From Acutalibacteraceae bacterium (GTDB taxonomy: Bacteria > Actinomycetota > Coriobacteriia > Coriobacteriales > QAMH01), in NCBI GenBank assembly GCA_963606965.1, contig CAVDAL010000120.1, positions 6,751 through 70,750 on the forward strand: a DNA stretch of 64,000 bases. The letters are read 5' to 3'. Shown piece by piece: positions 57,200 through 64,000 of the stretch. Each line of letters starts with the position of its first letter. Position 1 is the first letter of the stretch. Made by a program: the position numbers and the translations under genes. The notes under the pieces were generated by a model. That model saw nothing but the letters and a program-made list of their open reading frames with translations. It ran no database searches and was not told where the DNA came from.

Positions 57200-57312
57200 A
57201 AATTCCGGATGAAATCAGAGTAAAATCCGGACATCCATACGGATTTTTTCCGAGTAAAACCTGAATAAAATTCGGATTTTTTCCGAGTAAAATCCGGATT
57301 TTTTACGAAAAG
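57200..57312. repeat. Short direct-repeat/palindrome array built on TCCGGA cores
   Basis: An exact 20-mer, CGGATTTTTTCCGAGTAAAA, occurs at 57240..57259 and 57273..57292. An exact 14-mer, GAGTAAAATCCGGA, occurs at 57218..57231 and 57285..57298. A perfect palindrome, AAAATCCGGATTTT, occurs at 57289..57302. Confidence 0.85.
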
Positions 57313-57318
57313 CGCAGC

Positions 57319-58116
57319 TTAAACGGCTGGAATATTTTTATCTAAATCTGAAATTTCACCCTTTGATGGGTCATTATTGTCTTTATTTGTGACAAGAATT
57401 TTTGCAAGGATTCTTTGAACTTCTTTTTCTTGTTCTGTAAGCGAAGAATTTTTATCACTTTCCGGCTCAGCATTTGCTGCTTTAGAAGAATTTTTAGCTT
57501 TTTTGCGGGCTTGAGCAATAGCCTCTTTGACTTCATCTGCATTTTTTAATTCAGACAAATTATTTTCTTCAGCAGAATTTGATAATGCTTGCAAAACAAT
57601 ATTATGAACAATAGCTGCAACATCATCAGTATTCAAACTTGATGCAGCTTGCTCCTTTGCCAAATTAATTTCTGGAACATGAGCATCTATGCTCTGTGCG
57701 ATGAGTTCATTTTCATCTTCTGCTTCTTGTTTATTTTTTGCAGTTTTGCTGCTATTAGTGCCATTAGAAGGTTTGCTTTCCTTGGCTTTTGCTTTTGCTT
57801 CAGCCTTCTTCTTGCGCTTCTTTTCTTCTTTATCACTTTCAAAAACGATAGAAGCAAATTCGCCTTTTTCAGGCATTTTAATTTGTGGCAAATCGCTTGA
57901 AGCTTCAAGGCCAAGAATATATTCATTCTGTGCAGCAATCTGCTTATTCAACTTATGGATTGTTGAAGATTTCTTAATTGCAACAATAAGAAAGATAATG
58001 AATAGCAGCAAAAAAATTATTGCAACAAAAAACCATGCACTTGACATGCCACTGGCTTGCAAAATAGGAGCAAAAAGCTCATTGAGGTTTTCATCTAAAC
58101 TAAGCATAGAAAACAT
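57319..58116 (-). CDS. Membrane-anchored Lys/Glu/Ala-rich protein of unknown function
   Basis: The 265-aa ORF has one N-terminal TM helix (AWFFVAIIFLLLFIIFLIVAI), then charged low complexity. It runs in the same direction as its neighbours. The antisense 156-aa ORF looks like a composition artefact. Confidence 0.6.
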   Translation of the reverse strand: MFSMLSLDENLNELFAPILQASGMSSAWFFVAIIFLLLFIIFLIVAIKKSSTIHKLNKQIAAQNEYILGLEASSDLPQIKMPEKGEFASIVFESDKEEKKRKKKAEAKAKAKESKPSNGTNSSKTAKNKQEAEDENELIAQSIDAHVPEINLAKEQAASSLNTDDVAAIVHNIVLQALSNSAEENNLSELKNADEVKEAIAQARKKAKNSSKAANAEPESDKNSSLTEQEKEVQRILAKILVTNKDNNDPSKGEISDLDKNIPAV

Positions 58117-58217
58117 ATTACCACAGCTCGTTATATTGACTACTGTTCAATGTTCATGAAGAGCAAAAAGATTTTTTAGTGGAAAAATTTTAGATTGAAA
58201 AAGCTTTTATTTCAACC

Positions 58218-58261
58218 AGGCAAGGCCGTTTCCCGATTCGAAGTCGGGGCGTACCTTGCCT
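58218..58261 (-). terminator. Long hairpin downstream of the tRNA pair (probable terminator)
   Basis: On the minus strand the outer stem AGGCAAGG...CCTTGCCT encloses CCCCGA-CTTCGAA-TCGGG. The following T-tract is weak. Confidence 0.4.
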
Positions 58262-58274
58262 AGCTAAAAACAAA

Positions 58275-58351
58275 TGGTAGCCCGTACGGGATTCGAACCC
58301 GTGACCTTCGCCTTGAGAGGGCGATGTCCTAAACCGCTAGACGAACGGGCC
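58275..58351 (-). tRNA. tRNA-Glu (anticodon CUC)
   Basis: The reverse complement is GGCCCGTTCGTCTAGCGGTTTAGGACATCGCCCTCTCAAGGCGAAGGTCACGGGTTCGAATCCCGTACGGGCTACCA. It folds as a cloverleaf with anticodon loop CT-CTC-AA, T-loop TTCGAAT and an encoded CCA. Confidence 0.9.
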
Positions 58352-58355
58352 GTTT

Positions 58356-58429
58356 TGGTTGGGATGGAAGGAGTCGAACCCTCACTGACGGAACCAGAAT
58401 CCGCTGTCCTACCATTAGACGACATCCCA
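58356..58429 (-). tRNA. tRNA-Gln (anticodon CUG)
   Basis: The reverse complement is TGGGATGTCGTCTAATGGTAGGACAGCGGATTCTGGTTCCGTCAGTGAGGGTTCGACTCCTTCCATCCCAACCA. It has a U1-A72 pair, anticodon loop TT-CTG-GT and an encoded CCA. It ends 4 nt before tRNA-Glu. Confidence 0.9.
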
Positions 58430-58460
58430 ATTCAATAAAAGTGCAATAGCGCAAGTCGTT

Positions 58461-58489
58461 ATATTAAGTGTAAATTCACATTTGGTCAA
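58461..58489 (-). promoter_or_regulatory. Candidate sigma-70-type promoter for the tRNA-Gln/tRNA-Glu transcript
   Basis: On the minus strand TTGACC (58484..58489) and TAATAT (58461..58466) are separated by 17 nt. The pair lies about 30 nt upstream of tRNA-Gln. Confidence 0.5.
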
Positions 58490-58500
58490 GAACAAAAATG

Positions 58501-58845
58501 GCAAAGTGAGCTTATAAGCCGGGTTCTGTCATTTAAGACGACCATTTATCTTGGAATATTGTTACCAATATCCTCTAGCAAGCAACCCGAATGCAAGCCG
58601 GGCCAGCCTATAGCATTCCTATTTGCTCTTGCTTCGGATGGGGTTTATCAAGCCATGCTGTTACCAACATGCTGGTGCGCTCTTACCACACCGTTTCAGC
58701 TTTTCTCTGCTTAAAAACAAAGAGTTTTCTTTTCTGTGACACTAATCCGTCGGGTCACCCCGCCCGGCCGTTAGCCGGCATCCTGCCCTATGAAGCCCGG
58801 ACTTTCCTCAGCACAAAAGCGCCGCAGCCGTCTGGCTCACTTTGC
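58501..58845 (-). ncRNA. rnpB: RNase P RNA (bacterial type A)
   Basis: The minus strand reads GCAAAGTGAGCCAGACGG...GAGGAAAGTCCGGGCTTCATAGGGCAGGATGCC...GGTAAGAGCGCACCAGC...ACAGAACCCGGCTTATAAGCTCACTTTGC. The universally conserved GGAAAGUCCGG and ACAGAACCCGGCUUA blocks are present, and P1 pairs the two ends. The ends are accurate to about 5 nt. Confidence 0.9.
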
Positions 58846-58856
58846 AATGCAAGATT

Positions 58857-59093
58857 TTAACACGGAATATCAAACATTTTATGTCTGGATGCCTCGCCAC
58901 GTATGCAACGAACACTAGATTTTGGGACATTGAAATAAGCGGCAAGCACAACACTTGCCGCTTTTGTTGCCTTCCCCTTTTCAGGAGCTGCTGTTACATG
59001 AACAATGAGTTCACGCTCGCCAGCTGCATTTTCACGCCAACCCAAGACTTCATTTTTATGAGCCTTTGGAGTGACTAAAACAGGAACCTGCAT
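58857..59093 (-). CDS. YggU/DUF167-family protein
   Basis: The 78-aa ORF (VTPKAHKNEVLGW...LIVHVTAAPEKGKATKA...VRCIRGEASRHKMFDI) matches the UPF0235 pattern. It lies directly downstream of divIVA. Confidence 0.75.
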   Translation of the reverse strand: MQVPVLVTPKAHKNEVLGWRENAAGERELIVHVTAAPEKGKATKAASVVLAAYFNVPKSSVRCIRGEASRHKMFDIPC

Positions 59094-59096
59094 TAT

Positions 59097-59921
59097 TTAG
59101 CTGATTTCTTCAATGTCATCAAAAAAGCTATCATTCATAACAGATGTTGAAGGAACAGCTTGCTGTTCATACGCAGGCTTTGTTTGAACTTCTTCTTGCG
59201 CAGAAACATTTTCATTAGCAGCTGCAATATTTTCAGCCTCTTGAGTCTTAATTAACAGATTTTCAACTGCTGCATCTGAAACATCTGGTGTATCCATTCC
59301 ATCAAAACTCTTTTCCGCCTCTTCGCTGAAATGAGCAATAAGCATTTTGAATTCTTCACGGAACTTTTCATAGCTGCCTTTAATGCTATCAGCTTCGTCT
59401 AAAACACGCTTCTTTTCAGCTAAAGCATCGCGCAAAAGTTCGCGAGCTTTTGCTTCTGATTCGCGATAAATGCGTTCGCCTTCAGCACGCGCATCTTCCT
59501 TTAAAGCATCAGCACTGCGCTGTGCAGAAATAAATGCTTTTGAAATAACATCATCATTTACTTCTTTATCGCTTAGTTTTTGTTCAAGTTCAGCAATTTT
59601 TGCTTTAGCTTCCATAAGTTCAACAGGATCAGCTTCTTTTGTTGCAGTTGCTTCTGCCTTTAAAGCTTCAAGCTCAGCTTCTGCTGCCTCTAAGCGATTT
59701 TTTAAAGCAATAACTTCCTCAGAATCGCCTTGCGCGTCTTGAGCATTTTGCAATTCGCCCTTAGCTGCTTCAAGTTCTTCTTTCAACTTGTAATTTGTTT
59801 CAATCATGCTGCCAACTTCATGCGCAACATATTCCAAAAAGTCATCGACCTGCTTTACGTCATATCCTCGTAATGCATGTTCAAACCCTTGCTCATTAAT
59901 CATTTTTGGTGTGATACTCAT
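59097..59921 (-). CDS. divIVA: DivIVA-domain cell-division/polarity protein
   Basis: The N-terminal DivIVA motif is INEQGFEHALRGYDVKQVDDFLEYV. A long coiled coil follows. Confidence 0.9.
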   Translation of the reverse strand: MSITPKMINEQGFEHALRGYDVKQVDDFLEYVAHEVGSMIETNYKLKEELEAAKGELQNAQDAQGDSEEVIALKNRLEAAEAELEALKAEATATKEADPVELMEAKAKIAELEQKLSDKEVNDDVISKAFISAQRSADALKEDARAEGERIYRESEAKARELLRDALAEKKRVLDEADSIKGSYEKFREEFKMLIAHFSEEAEKSFDGMDTPDVSDAAVENLLIKTQEAENIAAANENVSAQEEVQTKPAYEQQAVPSTSVMNDSFFDDIEEIS

Positions 59922-59955
59922 TTTCTTTTCCTTTCAAAAATATGTATCAAAAAGC

Positions 59956-60696
59956 CTATTGAATTGCGCCTTGGTCGCGCAAATATTTACGTTCATCTTC
60001 AGACAAGTCTCGCATGCCTTTGCTGATTATAAATGTTTTTATTCCTTCTTTTTCGACCGTGCCATTTAAAGCACTTGCCACGCCGAATGAAAAGTCCAAA
60101 ACACGCTTTGCAAGATCTGCTGGTGTTGAATTAAAAACTATAGCAACAGTTTTGCCAGCTTTAAATGAGCTTGCAATTTTTTCAACATCAGAATATATGC
60201 TTGGACGCACAATTTCAATTCTTGAAGAAGGATCCATGCTAATTTGCTTGATGTCAGAATCAAATTGTGAATATGGGTCAGAACTCGAAGAAGAATAAGA
60301 TGAAGAGCTTGAACCATATGAAGAATATGAACTTGGACGCGAATAGCTAGAGCTATCAGTAAATGATGAACTATAGCTGCTGCGTGGGCTTGAACTGCGA
60401 TACGAACGAGTTGAAGAATAATCAGTTATGTCGTCATAAGAAGCAACTTTAAGTTCACGGTCTGTGTTTATTGTCACATTCTGGAAGCTATTTGGATTAT
60501 ATTCGTCAAAGCTTAGCGGATTACCGCCATCTTGCGGATAGTCATCATATTCAGCAGATTCATCATCATAATATCCGCCTTCATCATTATATGAATCATC
60601 ATAATATCCATCGTCTGAATATTGATTTTGGCCATCTTGCCAATCTGAATCATCACTAAAACCAAGTTTGCCTTTAACGCCATCAAAAAATCCCAC
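59956..60696 (-). CDS. sepF: Cell division protein SepF
   Basis: The GTG at 60696 is preceded by GGAGGA plus 4 nt and gives the amphipathic MGFFDGVKGKLGF membrane-targeting helix. The C-terminal SepF core is IEIVRPSIYSDVEKIASSFKAGKTVAIVFN. The ORF-track start at 60858 lies inside yggS. Confidence 0.85.
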   Translation of the reverse strand: MGFFDGVKGKLGFSDDSDWQDGQNQYSDDGYYDDSYNDEGGYYDDESAEYDDYPQDGGNPLSFDEYNPNSFQNVTINTDRELKVASYDDITDYSSTRSYRSSSPRSSYSSSFTDSSSYSRPSSYSSYGSSSSSYSSSSSDPYSQFDSDIKQISMDPSSRIEIVRPSIYSDVEKIASSFKAGKTVAIVFNSTPADLAKRVLDFSFGVASALNGTVEKEGIKTFIISKGMRDLSEDERKYLRDQGAIQ

Positions 60697-60724
60697 AAGT
60701 TCCTCCGGACTTTCACATATGTTT

Positions 60725-61417
60725 TTACTGCACAAAGCTTTCGCTGAATATCTTTCTGCCGATGCGTACCATAGTAGCACCTTCACTGATGGCGGATGCA
60801 TAATCGTTAGACATACCCATCGAAAGTTCATCAAAACTGATGTTACCACGCCCACCATACTGGCTCTTCATTTCTTGCGCGAGTTTTCTTAAACCTGCAA
60901 AAGTTTTCCGCGCAATGGTTGCATCTGCAATCGGAGCCATTGTCATCATGCCCTTACAATGAACATGCTCACAAGCAAGCACTTCTTCAATAAATGCTGC
61001 AACATTTTCAGGAGCAAGACCAGCTTTAGATTCTTCACCTGAAATATTAACTTCTAACAACACATCTTGAATGATATTTTGCTTTGCAGCTTCCTTTTCA
61101 ATAGCATGAAGTAAAGTTGGTCTGTCCAATGAATGAATTAAGAAGCTTTTCCCGACAACTTCATGTGCTTTATTGGACTGCAGTCTGCCAATGAAATGCC
61201 AATTTGCTTGCGGAAAAGCTTCCCTCTTTTCATTGAAAAGTTTGCTTCTGTTTTCCCCAAAATCCATTTGTCCACAAGATATTGCTTCCTGGACTTGCGG
61301 CAAGCCAACAGTTTTACTCACAGCAATAAGGCGGACATCTTTAGGGTCGCGCCCTGCTTCTTTGCATAACTGGGAAATTTCTTCTTTACATGATTGCAAA
61401 CGCTCTTGAAGCGTCAT
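60725..61417 (-). CDS. yggS: YggS/YlmE-family PLP homeostasis protein
   Basis: The PLP-Lys block is LIAVSKT. The blocks HFIGRLQSNK and a C-terminal RIGRKIF are also present. The ORF is 230 aa. Confidence 0.9.
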   Translation of the reverse strand: MTLQERLQSCKEEISQLCKEAGRDPKDVRLIAVSKTVGLPQVQEAISCGQMDFGENRSKLFNEKREAFPQANWHFIGRLQSNKAHEVVGKSFLIHSLDRPTLLHAIEKEAAKQNIIQDVLLEVNISGEESKAGLAPENVAAFIEEVLACEHVHCKGMMTMAPIADATIARKTFAGLRKLAQEMKSQYGGRGNISFDELSMGMSNDYASAISEGATMVRIGRKIFSESFVQ

Positions 61418-61437
61418 AATTTATAGCCTCCCCGCTC

Positions 61438-62268
61438 CTATCTTATAAAAGCAAATGCACCATGGCGGCCACATTTGCCATTTTCTGCTCTGTAAGAATA
61501 ATATTTATCAATATTGCAAGATGTACAAACTTTAGCATCTGCAATTCGGTTTTTATCAGCACCGATGCAAATTAACTGCTTAATAATAACACTTGATAAA
61601 TCAACATGACGCTTTGTTGGAACAACATCCAAACCATATTTTTCAGCAAATTGTTGCGCAAGTTCATCTGATACTTCAAAGCAACATGTACCAATATGCG
61701 GACCAATATAAATATTGCAATCTGCCACACAGCATGAAGCTTCACTTGCAAGCATCTTCAAACCTTTTGCAGCAATATCTGAATATGCACCGCGCCAACC
61801 CGCATGCAAAATAGCAAAAGATGAATCTGGAGCAACAACAATAACAGGCACGCAATCTGCAAAACATAGCAAAACTGGCACACCGCACTTATTGCACAAA
61901 ATTCCATCTGCGCCGCCATGCGCCAAAGCATTTGTTTGTTGTGCATCTTCGACTATAAGAATATTACTGCCATGAACTTGATTTGGACAGATCAGCTTTT
62001 GCTTTTCAATATAATCATCAAAACATGACATCAATAAATTGCGATTTTGATATTCATTTTCAATGGTGTCGCCATCTTTGTGATGCAAATTCAATGATGA
62101 AAATTCGCCTTCACTAACACCGCCGCATCTGTCAGTAAATACAATGCGCACGCCACATGCGTGCCATAAAGATTCATCAGTCAAAAGCGAAAGCTCTTTA
62201 TTATTACCATTACTAAAAGAGAACTCTGCCAAGCAAGGCATTGGCAGAGTCTGAAAATCTTTTTTCAT
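61438..62268 (-). CDS. pgeF: YfiH/YlmD (DUF152) laccase-domain protein, PgeF family
   Basis: The blocks are TDRCGGVS, QVHG, ADCVPV, HAGWRG and a C-terminal CTSC..YYSYR. Confidence 0.85.
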   Translation of the reverse strand: MKKDFQTLPMPCLAEFSFSNGNNKELSLLTDESLWHACGVRIVFTDRCGGVSEGEFSSLNLHHKDGDTIENEYQNRNLLMSCFDDYIEKQKLICPNQVHGSNILIVEDAQQTNALAHGGADGILCNKCGVPVLLCFADCVPVIVVAPDSSFAILHAGWRGAYSDIAAKGLKMLASEASCCVADCNIYIGPHIGTCCFEVSDELAQQFAEKYGLDVVPTKRHVDLSSVIIKQLICIGADKNRIADAKVCTSCNIDKYYSYRAENGKCGRHGAFAFIR

Positions 62269-62279
62269 TTTATTATTTC

Positions 62280-63440
62280 TTAATAGCGGTTGCGCTTCAA
62301 AAAGTCTGGGATGTCATCGTCAAACAAACTATCAAAACTTGAATCCCCTGTTGGATTAGATGAATAGCTTGATGTTGTTGATGGAGCAACAGGAGCAGCA
62401 GCTGAAGCAACTGGTGCCGGAGCAGCACTAGCAGCTGGACGAGCAGTATTTCTATTAGTATTTACATTCATTGATGTTTGGGTATCTTGCATTTTAAAGC
62501 CTGTTGCAATAACAGTAACTCGCAATTGATCATCCATTGAATCATCAATAACAGTACCAAAGATGATATTTGCATCTTCATCAGCAGCACTATTAATAAT
62601 ATTTGAAGCTTCATCAATTTCTGCCAAGCTCATATCGCTGCTGCCAGTGATAGAGAATAAAATTCTGTCTGCACCAACAATTGATGATTCCAAAAGCTTT
62701 GAAGTAATAGCTTGAGTTGCAGCATCGCTTGCTCTATTTTCACCAGAAGCAATGCCAATGCCCATCATTGCAGAACCAGCGCCCTTCATAATTGCGCGAA
62801 CATCTGCAAAGTCAAGATTAATGAGGCCAGGAATTGTAATAAGGTCTGTAATGCCCTGTGTGCCTTGGCGCAAAATATCATCTGCAATGCGGAATGCATC
62901 AAGCATTGATGTGCGCTTTTCAATAACTTGGAGTAAGCGGTCATTTGGAATAACAATGAGTGTATCAACTTTAGTTTCAAGGATTGCAATGCCTTCTTCA
63001 GCTTGAGCCATGCGCTTGCGACCTTCAAAACCAAAAGGCTTTGTAACAACAGCAACAGTCAATGCACCAATTTCTTCCATTGCGATTTCAGCAACAATTG
63101 GAGCAGCGCCTGTGCCTGTGCCGCCGCCTTCACCAGCTGTAACAAAAACCATGTCTGCGCCAGCTAGAGCTTCGCGAATTTCTGCGCGAGATTCTTCAGC
63201 TGCTTGGCAGCCAATTTCAGGATTAGCGCCTGCGCCAAGACCGCGTGTCAATTCTTCACCAATATGAACTGTGCGGTCTGCATCTGACATCAACAAGGCC
63301 TGACGATCTGTGTTGATTGCTACAAACTCAACACCTTTTACTCCAGCTTCGACCATACGGTTTACAGCATTTGTGCCGCCACCGCCAACGCCTACAACTT
63401 TAATAACGGCTAAATGGTCTGCTCCAACATAATCAGGCAT
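62280..63440 (-). CDS. ftsZ: Cell division GTPase FtsZ
   Basis: The N-terminal block is [17 protein letters not shown] and the tubulin signature is [10 protein letters not shown]. The C-terminal peptide is [10 protein letters not shown]. Confidence 0.97.
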   Translation of the reverse strand: MPDYVGADHLAVIKVVGVGGGGTNAVNRMVEAGVKGVEFVAINTDRQALLMSDADRTVHIGEELTRGLGAGANPEIGCQAAEESRAEIREALAGADMVFVTAGEGGGTGTGAAPIVAEIAMEEIGALTVAVVTKPFGFEGRKRMAQAEEGIAILETKVDTLIVIPNDRLLQVIEKRTSMLDAFRIADDILRQGTQGITDLITIPGLINLDFADVRAIMKGAGSAMMGIGIASGENRASDAATQAITSKLLESSIVGADRILFSITGSSDMSLAEIDEASNIINSAADEDANIIFGTVIDDSMDDQLRVTVIATGFKMQDTQTSMNVNTNRNTARPAASAAPAPVASAAAPVAPSTTSSYSSNPTGDSSFDSLFDDDIPDFLKRNRY

Positions 63441-63608
63441 TAGTTTCCTCCATTAAAAATCTTATCTTAATCAAGCTGGCTAACCAGCTAAACACGTACA
63501 AAACAAAATCCGTCTAATTGTAGCGCAATTTATGATATTTGCACATCTGAAATATTCACTAGGGCAAAATCTCCACCTGAAGGATATATTCTGCGAAGAT
63601 TATGTGTG

Positions 63609-64000
63609 TTAAAGCTTGCGATATGTAGGCCTTGAAGGCACGCGAACGTTTATATAAGAAATTTTCCCAGAATATTTTTCAAGCAAAGCTTGTGCAGATG
63701 CTACTTTTTCTTCAACATTTTGTGCCTCTCCGAAAGCAACAACAACACCATTTTTAAGATTTAGCTGCGCTTTTACAGCAGATTCAGCAGATATTGTCTT
63801 AACTTGTTTAGCAAAGTCTTGCGGTAGCGCCTCATAAATTGCAATTGCATTTTTAATGCCATCATCATTGCAATCAACACCTGATGCAGGAGAATTTATA
63901 GCAGTATTCACATCAATAATCTTATTATTTTGTTTCCAGTCATCATTCGTTGCGGCAGAAAGCCATGTTCCATCAGATGCAATGACCCAAATGCTTTTAG
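63609..64000 (-). CDS. ftsQ: Cell division protein FtsQ/DivIB (3' part; gene runs off the window)
   Basis: I translated codons 63912..63998 by hand. The frame stays open upstream of the ORF-track GTG at 63911, all the way to the window edge (...KSIWVIASDGTWLSAATNDDWKQNNKIIDV...). The C-terminus, YINVRVPSRPTYRKL, is FtsQ-like, and the gene lies upstream of ftsZ. Confidence 0.75.
   Translation of the reverse strand, partial: KSIWVIASDGTWLSAATNDDWKQNNKIIDVNTAINSPASGVDCNDDGIKNAIAIYEALPQDFAKQVKTISAESAVKAQLNLKNGVVVAFGEAQNVEEKVASAQALLEKYSGKISYINVRVPSRPTYRKL

Noticed and set aside
57200-57312. Could the repeat array be a small CRISPR array or a mobile-element terminal repeat?
   Set aside because: The repeats are only 14-20 nt, with two copies each, irregular spacing and no cas genes. 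No transposase or target-site duplication is nearby.
57689-58159. A 156-aa plus-strand ORF antisense to the Lys/Glu-rich orphan gene.
   Set aside because: AAG/GAA-rich coding sequence automatically gives an open Leu/Phe/Ser-rich antisense frame. The minus-strand ORF is longer, co-directional with its neighbours, and has a clean TM anchor. The alternative cannot be fully excluded without expression data.
58231-58250. A T-arm-like motif (CCCGA-TTCGAAG-TCGGG) downstream of tRNA-Glu suggested a third tRNA or a tRNA remnant.
   Set aside because: No acceptor, D or anticodon arms can be built around it. It is better explained as the inner part of a long terminator-type hairpin.
58591-59078. Two plus-strand ORFs (58591..58860 and 58842..59078).
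   Set aside because: The first lies entirely within or over the RNase P RNA gene. The second is antisense to the YggU-family CDS. Both are artefacts.
1-64000. I looked across the whole window for prophage, integrative element, defence island, toxin-antitoxin, CRISPR-Cas or rRNA operon.
   Set aside because: Every sizeable ORF has a housekeeping, envelope, transport or energy-metabolism assignment, or is a low-complexity orphan. I saw no integrase, transposase, recombinase or cas signatures, and no tRNA-flanked insertion.

Overview
This window looks like core chromosome of a low-GC bacterium (about 40% GC, judged by eye). The gene order is typical of Actinomycetota: ftsQ-ftsZ with no ftsA, then pgeF-yggS-sepF-divIVA, plus argS-lysA-hom and gatCAB. 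The anaerobe gene content (six-gene Ech-type [NiFe] hydrogenase, rubrerythrin, PflX-type radical SAM enzyme, minimal SufCB) suggests a Coriobacteriia/Atopobiaceae-like organism, but that taxonomic call is inference only. I call 57 CDS (52 on the minus strand, often translationally coupled), tRNA-Gln(CUG) and tRNA-Glu(CUC), an RNase P RNA, a lysine riboswitch ahead of an NhaC/LysW-type transporter, a singlet glycine riboswitch ahead of an alanine/glycine:cation symporter, and several intrinsic terminators and candidate promoters. I saw no transposase, integrase, phage gene, CRISPR array, toxin-antitoxin pair or recognisable defence gene, so this is not an accessory island. Five observations are most worth a second look. 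(1) A divergent, apparently leaderless gene pair encodes a bacterial Elp3 (radical-SAM/GNAT) and a Trm9/ALKBH8-like methyltransferase, which would be a eukaryote/archaea-style (m)cm5U34 wobble pathway. (2) A cell-envelope operon couples a VanW/G5 protein carrying a roughly 190-aa Ser/Arg/Thr-rich tail, a DD-carboxypeptidase, a truncated GcvT-like protein, a zinc-ribbon-FHA protein and a zinc-ribbon membrane protein. (3) The echABCDEF hydrogenase has oppositely charged low-complexity tails on EchA and EchF. (4) A short repeat/palindrome array built around TCCGGA sits upstream of comEA-comEC-holA. (5) SepF carries an unusually long Tyr/Asp/Ser-rich linker. All family calls rest on motifs read by eye and remembered consensus sequences; no searches were run.
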